A stretch of 64,000 nucleotides of DNA from a virus, in the IMG/VR virus record IMGVR_UViG_3300028844_002207, positions 21,830-85,829 of that record; one strand, written 5' to 3'. Positions 57,472 to 64,000 of this stretch are shown here, one piece after another; position 1 is the first letter of the stretch, and each line of letters starts with the position of its first letter. The notes under the pieces were generated by a model, which was not told the DNA's origin, searched no databases, and worked only from the letters and a program-made list of their open reading frames with translations. A program made the translations under genes and the position numbers.

Positions 57472-58035
57472 TTACTTAATTAATTTATTGATTACTTTAG
57501 TTAATGTTATTAATGTTTGATTGATATCTTCAAGTTTATCAACTAGATCTGTACTTGTACCTGCATCAGGATTAGGTAGATCAAATAATGTTTTACCTAT
57601 GTCTGCTACAAATTTAGGTTCTTCTATTATAGAACCATTTCTAGAAGTTATATCATTGATAACTTTTAATTCACTTACAGGTATAAGATGTCTTTGAAAT
57701 CCTGAGCTAGATGTAACTAATTCATATTCTGATTTCCAGTGTGGATTTGCTCTGTGCAAATATAATGTTCTTTTTGGATCTTCAGAATCATAATCAATAC
57801 TTACAAACTCAGTATATATATCTTTATCTTTATCTAGCTCACTAGGAAAGAATGATACATGCAATTCATCTTTACCTTTAGGCCTGTAGGCCATCTTTGG
57901 TATATACAGTGCATTTAGATTACCACTTGTTTGAAAATAATCTTCATGCTCCTCTTTTAATTTATTTACTTTTTGTTTACGTTCTTCAGGAGTTAATCCC
58001 ATAATTTCTGTGTTTAATTTTTTAGTGCTTATCAT
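57472..58035 (-). CDS. Hypothetical protein
   Basis: 187 aa, in the replication operon. Confidence 0.7.
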   Translation of the reverse strand: MISTKKLNTEIMGLTPEERKQKVNKLKEEHEDYFQTSGNLNALYIPKMAYRPKGKDELHVSFFPSELDKDKDIYTEFVSIDYDSEDPKRTLYLHRANPHWKSEYELVTSSSGFQRHLIPVSELKVINDITSRNGSIIEEPKFVADIGKTLFDLPNPDAGTSTDLVDKLEDINQTLITLTKVINKLIK

Positions 58036-58988
58036 CTACGTTCTTGTTGTCCAGGAGTAGGCATTTCTGCAATCTGCATCTTTTCAAATTCTGCTTTGAA
58101 AAAACTCATTCTTGCATCACCATTTCTTGCTTTTAAGAAATGTAATACCAACGTCCTATCATTTTCTATAATATATCTATCAGGTCCATAGAACCTTATC
58201 TTCTGCTTAGCTGGCCGGTTAATACCAATCAGCATATCTGCGTGTTGAAGCATTGCATCTGATCCAAATATATCAGACTCAAGAATATAATTACCATACT
58301 TGCCATCAATTGCTCTATCAGGGTTATCAATATTTCTATTGAGTTGTGATAATGCAATAAATAAACAAGGATAATCTCTTTTACATTGTGTAAAGAACTC
58401 ACCTAGCTCAAATAACATATCTAATGAATTGTTTTGATAAGGCGCTCTCTTTACAAGCATTGTATGATCTAATGTAATTATAGTTTTTACACCTTTATGT
58501 TTAGTCATATACTGATCAATTTGATCACGCATTTGATTTACAGTCAATGGTGTTGATATAATGTCTACAGGATACTTTACTCTTTCTTTAGCATACTGAT
58601 GACAACTGTTTAATGTGTCAGTACTTAATACAGATCCAGCACTACACAACTCTTTATATGTCTTACCGGTTATAGAACTGAATTCTCTAATTGCTGAGGT
58701 TCTACCCACCATCTCAAATTGAAATTCTAATACTCTAAATTCATCATTAGGATTAAGCATAAAAGACTCACGTATAATCTGATCTTTAATCAGAGTTTTA
58801 CCTGAGCCAGGTCTACCACCAATAACAGTAAGGGTATTCCATTCTAGTCCATCAGTGGCTGCATCATTAAACTTAGGCCAGGGAGTGTAAATTGATTTTT
58901 CATCTCCTGTTGACCTAGCGTACATATATTTTAGTGCATCATTGAAGGCTGTATATTGGCCCACCCATGCTGGTGTTGGTTTACTCAT
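58032..58988 (-). CDS. DnaB-like (SF4) replicative helicase, motor domain only
   Basis: GGRPGSGKT, FQFEM, LDH, LSQLNR, SDAMLQHAD, KARNG; 318 aa. Confidence 0.9.
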   Translation of the reverse strand: MSKPTPAWVGQYTAFNDALKYMYARSTGDEKSIYTPWPKFNDAATDGLEWNTLTVIGGRPGSGKTLIKDQIIRESFMLNPNDEFRVLEFQFEMVGRTSAIREFSSITGKTYKELCSAGSVLSTDTLNSCHQYAKERVKYPVDIISTPLTVNQMRDQIDQYMTKHKGVKTIITLDHTMLVKRAPYQNNSLDMLFELGEFFTQCKRDYPCLFIALSQLNRNIDNPDRAIDGKYGNYILESDIFGSDAMLQHADMLIGINRPAKQKIRFYGPDRYIIENDRTLVLHFLKARNGDARMSFFKAEFEKMQIAEMPTPGQQERR

Positions 58989-59139
58989 TTTCTACTGTGT
59001 ATATGATACTCTCAACATTTTCTATACTTGCCTCACATGAGGATTCATCCGGAACCCATGTCCCATCTCTAAGCATTTGAAAATCTTCTAGTACCTGATT
59101 TAACTTATTTAATACTTTTGTTATTTTATCTGATGTCAT
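58981..59139 (-). CDS. Small hypothetical protein (52 aa)
   Basis: Read by hand: MTSDKITKVLNKLNQVLEDFQMLRDGTWVPDESSCEASIENVESIIYTVENE; TAATG coupling upstream; overlaps the helicase start. Confidence 0.6.
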   Translation of the reverse strand: MTSDKITKVLNKLNQVLEDFQMLRDGTWVPDESSCEASIENVESIIYTVENE

Positions 59140-59729
59140 TATACTACTCTTTCTTTAAAGTGTTCATCTTCTGTACTTACTCCTTCTACTATCATATCAC
59201 AGTAATCTGCTAAAGTAGAATGCTTTACTCTGTGTTTATCTTGCTTACATATAAAGTACTGACTTGTCTGCATATACATATAGCCTGCATCTCTGTACTC
59301 ATTAACATACATTCTTGTTGCTTTATGTATTTCTTCCCATGTATGATCATATGTTTCAAAGAACCATCTAAATGCTTCCCCTAAAGCTTTGACATTATTT
59401 CTTGCAGGCTTACCGCTTGGTAACTTTTTAGCAGGAAATACTTCTCTATAGCTGTTTATCTTTTCTACAAAGTCTTTACCCATTAGTTGGATGTCAGTCT
59501 TTTTCTTAGCTTTGATAAAATAACTGTCTAGAGTAGCACAAATTACTTTGGCTTTATCTGTCATTATATATTGACCATCTTTTAATTCAAGAAAGCCTTT
59601 ACTTACTAAAACTTCCCTATCCTTTGCTACTACCTCTGGTAAGGAGATTTTTTGCTTCATACCAAATAGGATCAAGCTCTGGTTTGGAGTCAGGTTTGCT
59701 TTCAGTATCTTCTGAAATAGTTCCCACAT
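59139..59729 (-). CDS. Putative replication initiation/helicase-loading protein
   Basis: 196 aa upstream of DnaB, with a winged-helix-like N-terminus; function inferred from context only. Confidence 0.45.
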   Translation of the reverse strand: MWELFQKILKANLTPNQSLILFGMKQKISLPEVVAKDREVLVSKGFLELKDGQYIMTDKAKVICATLDSYFIKAKKKTDIQLMGKDFVEKINSYREVFPAKKLPSGKPARNNVKALGEAFRWFFETYDHTWEEIHKATRMYVNEYRDAGYMYMQTSQYFICKQDKHRVKHSTLADYCDMIVEGVSTEDEHFKERVV

Positions 59730-60144
59730 ATTTTTCTAAGTGTTTTAAAGTGTTATTATGAGCATCCATTACTGTTTGTTCATTACTGAAAAATCCATTC
59801 TCAATCATTTTACATGAATTGATAACGGTTGCATGGTTGCGTTTTAAAAATTTACCTATACTGCTTTTAGTATGTCCTTCCTTGTGAGCCAAGTAAGACA
59901 TAACTTGTACATATACAAGATAATCTCTGAATCTAGTTCTATGTTGTAGATTTTTAATTCTACGAAACCTAGGGTGATGATCATGTAATGCAGCTAATGC
60001 ACTATCATGAAATATACCTAAAGGAATTTTTTTATTTTCTTCAAGAGGAGTGTAAATATACAATTTTACTCCATGAGTTCTATAAAAAGATTTTTTAAAT
60101 TCAGCAATATCTTGCTTCCGCTTAAGTTCCTGGTTATTAGCCAT
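59617..60144 (-). CDS. Stand-alone DnaA domain IV (C-terminal HTH)-like protein
   Basis: QVMSYLAHKEGHTKSSIGKFLKRNHATVINSCKMIE resembles the DnaA_C signature SLxxIGxxFGGRDHTTVxHAxxKI; no AAA+ domain. Confidence 0.7.
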   Translation of the reverse strand: MANNQELKRKQDIAEFKKSFYRTHGVKLYIYTPLEENKKIPLGIFHDSALAALHDHHPRFRRIKNLQHRTRFRDYLVYVQVMSYLAHKEGHTKSSIGKFLKRNHATVINSCKMIENGFFSNEQTVMDAHNNTLKHLEKYVGTISEDTESKPDSKPELDPIWYEAKNLLTRGSSKG

Positions 60145-60166
60145 TTATATTATAATTTAAGGTTAT

Positions 60167-60198
60167 CAAAGGTAATAAAATCTACCATTCTATGCAAG
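60167..60198 (-). promoter_or_regulatory. Bacteroidota-type sigma promoter
   Basis: CTTG-N20-TACCTTTG (perfect -7 element), 22 nt upstream of ATG 60144. Confidence 0.6.
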
Positions 60199-60892
60199 TT
60201 TTCCCTTGCTTTTCTAGTTCTAGATTAGCCTTGTTAAAAACGTCATTACAGTTCCATTCACCACCTCTATATGCAGCTGATGCAGGGTGAGAACACTTTA
60301 GTATTTTACAGTTTGGAAGTAAAGTTTGCCATGCTTCAGCCTTCTTACCCATCAATATAAATACTGTTTTTGGGTTGTGCCTATTGATATTATCAAAGAC
60401 ATACTCTGTAAAAGATTTCCATATACCATAATGAGAACCAATTTTATTTATCTCACATGTAAATGCTGTATTAATCATTAACACACCTTGATTAGACCAA
60501 CGTCTTAAATCACATTCTTCTGGTGTATACATAACTCTGCCTGTTTTTTCAAAGCCGCCAATTGTTTGCTTTAGTATATATTGTAAAGACTTTTCAGCTT
60601 TACCTTTTCTACTGCAGCTAAATGCAATTCCGTCAGCAACACCTAATTGTGGATATGGATCTTGTCCTACTATAACAACTTTTAAATCATTATACGGGCA
60701 TTCATAAAATCCATTAAACACATCTTTAAATCTTGGTGTAAAACGTTTACCGTTTTCTACACTTTCAACTAGTGTGTTCATTATATGATCAAAGCTTAAA
60801 CCATTTACATATGGTGCAAGCATGCGGTCCCAGCCACTATCTTTAAGTTTGCTGTTTAAATTATCTCTTAAGATATTTATATCTATTTCCAT
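60182..60892 (-). CDS. ung: Uracil-DNA glycosylase (family 1)
   Basis: VVIVGQDPYP, GIAFS, QGVLMIN, SHPASAAY. Confidence 0.93.
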   Translation of the reverse strand: MEIDINILRDNLNSKLKDSGWDRMLAPYVNGLSFDHIMNTLVESVENGKRFTPRFKDVFNGFYECPYNDLKVVIVGQDPYPQLGVADGIAFSCSRKGKAEKSLQYILKQTIGGFEKTGRVMYTPEECDLRRWSNQGVLMINTAFTCEINKIGSHYGIWKSFTEYVFDNINRHNPKTVFILMGKKAEAWQTLLPNCKILKCSHPASAAYRGGEWNCNDVFNKANLELEKQGKTCIEW

Positions 60893-60911
60893 TTTTTTTA
60901 TTAATTTATAG

Positions 60912-60919
60912 TATATTTG
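60912..60919 (+). promoter_or_regulatory. Bacteroidota -7 element TATATTTG
   Basis: Perfect TAnnTTTG, 15 nt upstream of ATG 60935; no clear -33 element. Confidence 0.45.
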
Positions 60920-60934
60920 TTAAAACTTTTTATT

Positions 60935-61417
60935 ATGTCAGATAAAACTATCAAACAAGAAATGGTCACCTATGATTTTACAAAAAACATAGTTGGCATT
61001 GAGATTAACCCTTCATTTATTGGAGGACTTCAAACTATTGCTTCTAAATTTATGTTAGATGCAAGCGAAGAAGACCAGGTTAAAATACCTGATGCTATGA
61101 AAAAGTTTGATTTAATTATGGCATATGATCCTAAAGGTGCAGACCCAATGCCTCAATTACAGTTAGATCCTTTTGAACAAAACTTATATGTTCTCTTTGG
61201 CTTAATAAACTATTTAAGATATGAAGCTGAAAAACAAGGTTTGACAATTAAAGGTGAAGTTGAAGTTAATGAAGACTTAATGAAAGCTGCACAAGATCAG
61301 TTAGCACAAGGTTCATTAGATGGAGATCTATTAAATAAACTAAAAGATCTTGGCAATCAATTTGTTGATTTAAAAGATGCACTTAATGAGGATGAAGAAG
61401 ATAAAGAATTATCTTAA
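60935..61417 (+). CDS. Acidic hypothetical protein, lone + strand gene
   Basis: 160 aa from ATG 60935 (track starts at 60917); about twice as many D/E as K/R. Confidence 0.7.
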   Translation: MSDKTIKQEMVTYDFTKNIVGIEINPSFIGGLQTIASKFMLDASEEDQVKIPDAMKKFDLIMAYDPKGADPMPQLQLDPFEQNLYVLFGLINYLRYEAEKQGLTIKGEVEVNEDLMKAAQDQLAQGSLDGDLLNKLKDLGNQFVDLKDALNEDEEDKELS

Positions 61418-61792
61418 CTGCATCCCATTAAAGTCACCTATCTCAATACAAGATTGTATTGCTAAATTCAATTCATCTTTATCACAGTCCCCAAAGGATT
61501 TACAATACTCTTGTTTATCTTTTACAAAGCATAAGCCTGAAGATCTTTTCACTTGTATTTTGGCTTCTTCAAAGGTGTAACCAATTTCTTGTGCTATTTC
61601 TCTAATCATTGCATGCAAGCGTGCTAGTTGAGGGTTACTACCCTTGGCACCACTTACACCAACAAATATCTCTAGTTTAGATCCTTCTTCAAGTTGTTCA
61701 AAGAATTTTCTATACTTAGTACCCATTGCTTTAATAGGAAAATGTAGTTGACCATCTTTAACAGATGCTTTTATATATAAATTATCTTTCAT
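61409..61792 (-). CDS. NinB/YbcN-like recombination protein
   Basis: SNPQLARLHAMIREIAQEIG...KSFGDCDKDELNLAI; ATG 61792 overlaps the upstream stop (ATGA). Confidence 0.5.
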   Translation of the reverse strand: MKDNLYIKASVKDGQLHFPIKAMGTKYRKFFEQLEEGSKLEIFVGVSGAKGSNPQLARLHAMIREIAQEIGYTFEEAKIQVKRSSGLCFVKDKQEYCKSFGDCDKDELNLAIQSCIEIGDFNGMQLR

Positions 61793-62118
61793 TTGAATAT
61801 TGCTAATAAAATAATAAATAATATACAAACGCAAACAGATCCAATTGCAGCTAGCTCAGTATCTATTACCTGCTGTCTTCTTTTACCCTGAGTAAGCCTT
61901 AGCTCATCAAGAGTTTTTTGAGCTTTCTTTTTTTCCATTTTTTCATCAATGTTTTGATCTACAACAATCAAAGAGATATCTCTTATATCTTCTAATCTTT
62001 GATATGCTGCATCTAAATTTCTTTGACTAGTTCCTGGGTGTATGTCAACCTTATCTAAATGTGATAATGCTTTTATAGCAGAGGAATAAATTAATATATT
62101 TTGATTAGTCTTTTTCAT
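61789..62118 (-). CDS. Hypothetical protein with C-terminal TM helix
   Basis: 109 aa, hydrophobic C-terminus. Confidence 0.65.
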   Translation of the reverse strand: MKKTNQNILIYSSAIKALSHLDKVDIHPGTSQRNLDAAYQRLEDIRDISLIVVDQNIDEKMEKKKAQKTLDELRLTQGKRRQQVIDTELAAIGSVCVCILFIILLAIFK

Positions 62119-62260
62119 CTGGTTTTCTTTTTATTGGTGTGAATAATAAATAGTTGGGATCATGTGGATCTAAATCCATTCCATAGACACTGACCCATTT
62201 GTCATTATCTAATATGTATGTTACTCCTCCTATAGTTTTGGTTTCTTGTTTATTGCTCAT
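62105..62260 (-). CDS. Small hypothetical protein (51 aa)
   Basis: Read by hand: MSNKQETKTIGGVTYILDNDKWVSVYGMDLDPHDPNYLLFTPIKRKPDEKD; fills the gap and overlaps both neighbours. Confidence 0.55.
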   Translation of the reverse strand: MSNKQETKTIGGVTYILDNDKWVSVYGMDLDPHDPNYLLFTPIKRKPDEKD

Positions 62261-62492
62261 GATGTTCTAATATTTTTTCTTCTATATCTTCTTCTAATAA
62301 ATGTTGTACGTCTATGGTAACTTGATTACCATTAGCATCCGTGTTAGTATACCAAACATGCTTTATATCTGCTGATGGTCCATAACCCGGTGTACCTGGA
62401 TCTCCGTTGGAATCATACCATTGGTCTGGTTCACCTGGATCATAAGTATATTCTACTTCTACTGTTTCTCCTGTGTTTGTTATAAATTCCAT
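62250..62492 (-). CDS. Acidic hypothetical protein
   Basis: 80 aa. Confidence 0.65.
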   Translation of the reverse strand: MEFITNTGETVEVEYTYDPGEPDQWYDSNGDPGTPGYGPSADIKHVWYTNTDANGNQVTIDVQHLLEEDIEEKILEHHEQ

Positions 62493-62493
62493 A

Positions 62494-62733
62494 TCACAAA
62501 AATCTTAGTGCTCCTCCATCAACATAAACAAACTCTTGAGCACACTCAGTGCACTTGGCATTTGATTCATTACGTAATAAAGCTGGCATGTTGCAGTTAG
62601 GACAAGGTGTATCACCTTCTTCTATATATTCTTCTATTGCTTTTCTTGCGTAGCTATGTATCATTGCATCATGTGCACCACGATATTCTAGCTCTTCTTG
62701 TTGCTCTATAAAGAGCTCTTTCATTCTTCCCAT
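62494..62733 (-). CDS. Small zinc-ribbon protein
   Basis: CPNC...CTEC. Confidence 0.7.
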   Translation of the reverse strand: MGRMKELFIEQQEELEYRGAHDAMIHSYARKAIEEYIEEGDTPCPNCNMPALLRNESNAKCTECAQEFVYVDGGALRFL

Positions 62734-62737
62734 AATG

Positions 62738-63862
62738 TTATTTTTTTAGTGGGTTATAATAAGTAATTTTTGTTTGATCAAATCCTTTAACTGCATCACC
62801 TACCCATTTCTCATCTTGTGTACCTTTGTACATAAGTATGTGACATGTAGCTGTCTCAGTTGGATTTAATCTGAGTAATCTTCCTATTCTTTGTGCTGTT
62901 TTTCTTTCATTACCATATGCATGCATAATAATACCAGCTTTTAAATTTGGTATAGTAACACCTTCTGATAATTGTAATACACAAGATAATTTATCTATCC
63001 TATTATCAGAGAATAACTCAAGGTTCTCCTCTGACTTAGGATTTTTAGAATGATAACTATGCTTGCATATTCTGTCTGCTTGTTTTTGGGTATTAGCAAA
63101 TACAATACATTTAGTACTGACATTACCGAGTATACCTTTAACATAGCTCTCTTTACTTGCATAATCCATTAGAGCTCTCATCCGCATAATTCTTCCAAAC
63201 TGTATTTGTTTTTCAGTGTTAGCTTCTGCTAGCCTTTTGGTAACATAGTCATAATCCTTTTTTTCTGATGTATACCAGAATCCACCTGCCTTGTTTTTCT
63301 TCTTTAAAGAAGGTAACTTAGACAACTCCAACTCATGTATAACAATCTTGTAATCATTTAAGATGTTAGAGTCAGTTGCATCATCCGTTGTAAATGTAAA
63401 TTTAATTGGACAATACTTATTTACCATCATACCTTTCTCAGTGTTCTGGCTTTTTGGTGGTGTGCCTGTCAATCCTAATATTCTTCCATAAAATCTATGT
63501 AAGAATAATTCATGAGAATACTTAAGTGAGTGACACTCATCTAAATATAATATGCTATAGTCTTGAGGTTCTTGTTTTTTAAGTGACAAATAGGTTGTAA
63601 AGTCTATATGATCTATCAAGTTTGTTAGATTCATTTTATCTAGTTCATCAAGCCATGCTTGTTTGACTGATAACTTTGGAACTACTACTAGCACTTTGAT
63701 TAACGGGTCATAATATTTCTGAAGGTGTTGTATTGCTATTCTAGTTTTACCTACACCCATTGATATACCTAAACCACATCTTTTATGTTGTTCTGTTATT
63801 GTTAATGCATCTGACTGAACTATTTCTCTAGTGGAAATAATCTCAGGAGTATTGTTTGCCAT
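62738..63862 (-). CDS. Superfamily 2 helicase (DExH)
   Basis: MGVGKT, LDECH, LTGTPP, LSEGV, QRIGRLLR. ATG 63862 or the track start at 63895. Confidence 0.88.
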   Translation of the reverse strand: MANNTPEIISTREIVQSDALTITEQHKRCGLGISMGVGKTRIAIQHLQKYYDPLIKVLVVVPKLSVKQAWLDELDKMNLTNLIDHIDFTTYLSLKKQEPQDYSILYLDECHSLKYSHELFLHRFYGRILGLTGTPPKSQNTEKGMMVNKYCPIKFTFTTDDATDSNILNDYKIVIHELELSKLPSLKKKNKAGGFWYTSEKKDYDYVTKRLAEANTEKQIQFGRIMRMRALMDYASKESYVKGILGNVSTKCIVFANTQKQADRICKHSYHSKNPKSEENLELFSDNRIDKLSCVLQLSEGVTIPNLKAGIIMHAYGNERKTAQRIGRLLRLNPTETATCHILMYKGTQDEKWVGDAVKGFDQTKITYYNPLKK

Positions 63863-63936
63863 AATATTATTGTTATTGATAAAATAATTGTCCAAGCTAC
63901 TATCTTAAGTAACCTATCTTTGTGATTTTGTTTCAT
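63820..63936 (-). CDS. Possible small single-TM peptide (38 aa)
   Basis: MKQNHKDRLLKIVAWTIILSITIILWQTILLRLFPLEK; overlaps the helicase 5' end in another frame. Confidence 0.35.
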   Translation of the reverse strand: MKQNHKDRLLKIVAWTIILSITIILWQTILLRLFPLEK

Positions 63937-63953
63937 AAAATTATTTTTAAAGG

Positions 63954-64000
63954 TGGACCCTATAGGACTTGAACCTATGACCTAATCATTATGAGTGATT
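63954..64000 (-). tRNA. tRNA with CAT anticodon (Met or Ile2), 5' end outside the window
   Basis: Minus strand: anticodon arm AATCA-CTCATAA-TGATT, variable loop AGGTC, T-arm ATAGG-TTCAAGT-CCTAT, acceptor 3' strand AGGGTCC + discriminator A; CCA not fully encoded (CCT). Confidence 0.9.

Overview
The whole window is part of a large, AT-rich dsDNA phage genome. It most likely belongs to a Crassvirales (crAss)-like lineage infecting Bacteroidota/Flavobacteriia. That assignment is inferred from the DFDID-type virion RNA polymerase, Bacteroidota-type TAnnTTTG promoters, and flavobacterial-like GroEL and RNR. There are two convergent blocks that meet at a bidirectional terminator near 42.15 kb. The + block (1-42.1 kb) is virion/late. 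It encodes a 5'-truncated multi-domain peptidoglycan enzyme (SLT, 2x LysM, YkuD/L,D-transpeptidase, second lysozyme-like domain), three 900-1150 aa putative cargo proteins, a 4616 aa zincin + virion RNA polymerase polyprotein, a 1927 aa protein with degenerate zincin and PD-(D/E)XK domains, a lipoprotein, two holin-like genes, small GG-motif proteins and two fibre-like proteins. An inverted nrdAB cassette (class Id-like) interrupts it. The - block (42.2-64 kb) is replication/early. It encodes nucleotide hydrolases, DUF932, GroEL, PolB, an exonuclease, a five-gene MoxR AAA+/VWA-peptidase module with two BRCT-like paralogues, RusA-like resolvase, primase, SSB, AAA_24 ATPase, DnaB, a stand-alone DnaA domain-IV-like protein, Ung, an SF2 helicase and a partial CAT-anticodon tRNA. 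No CRISPR array, integrase, intein or recoded genetic code was seen. All family calls come from motif recognition by eye; no database searches were run.
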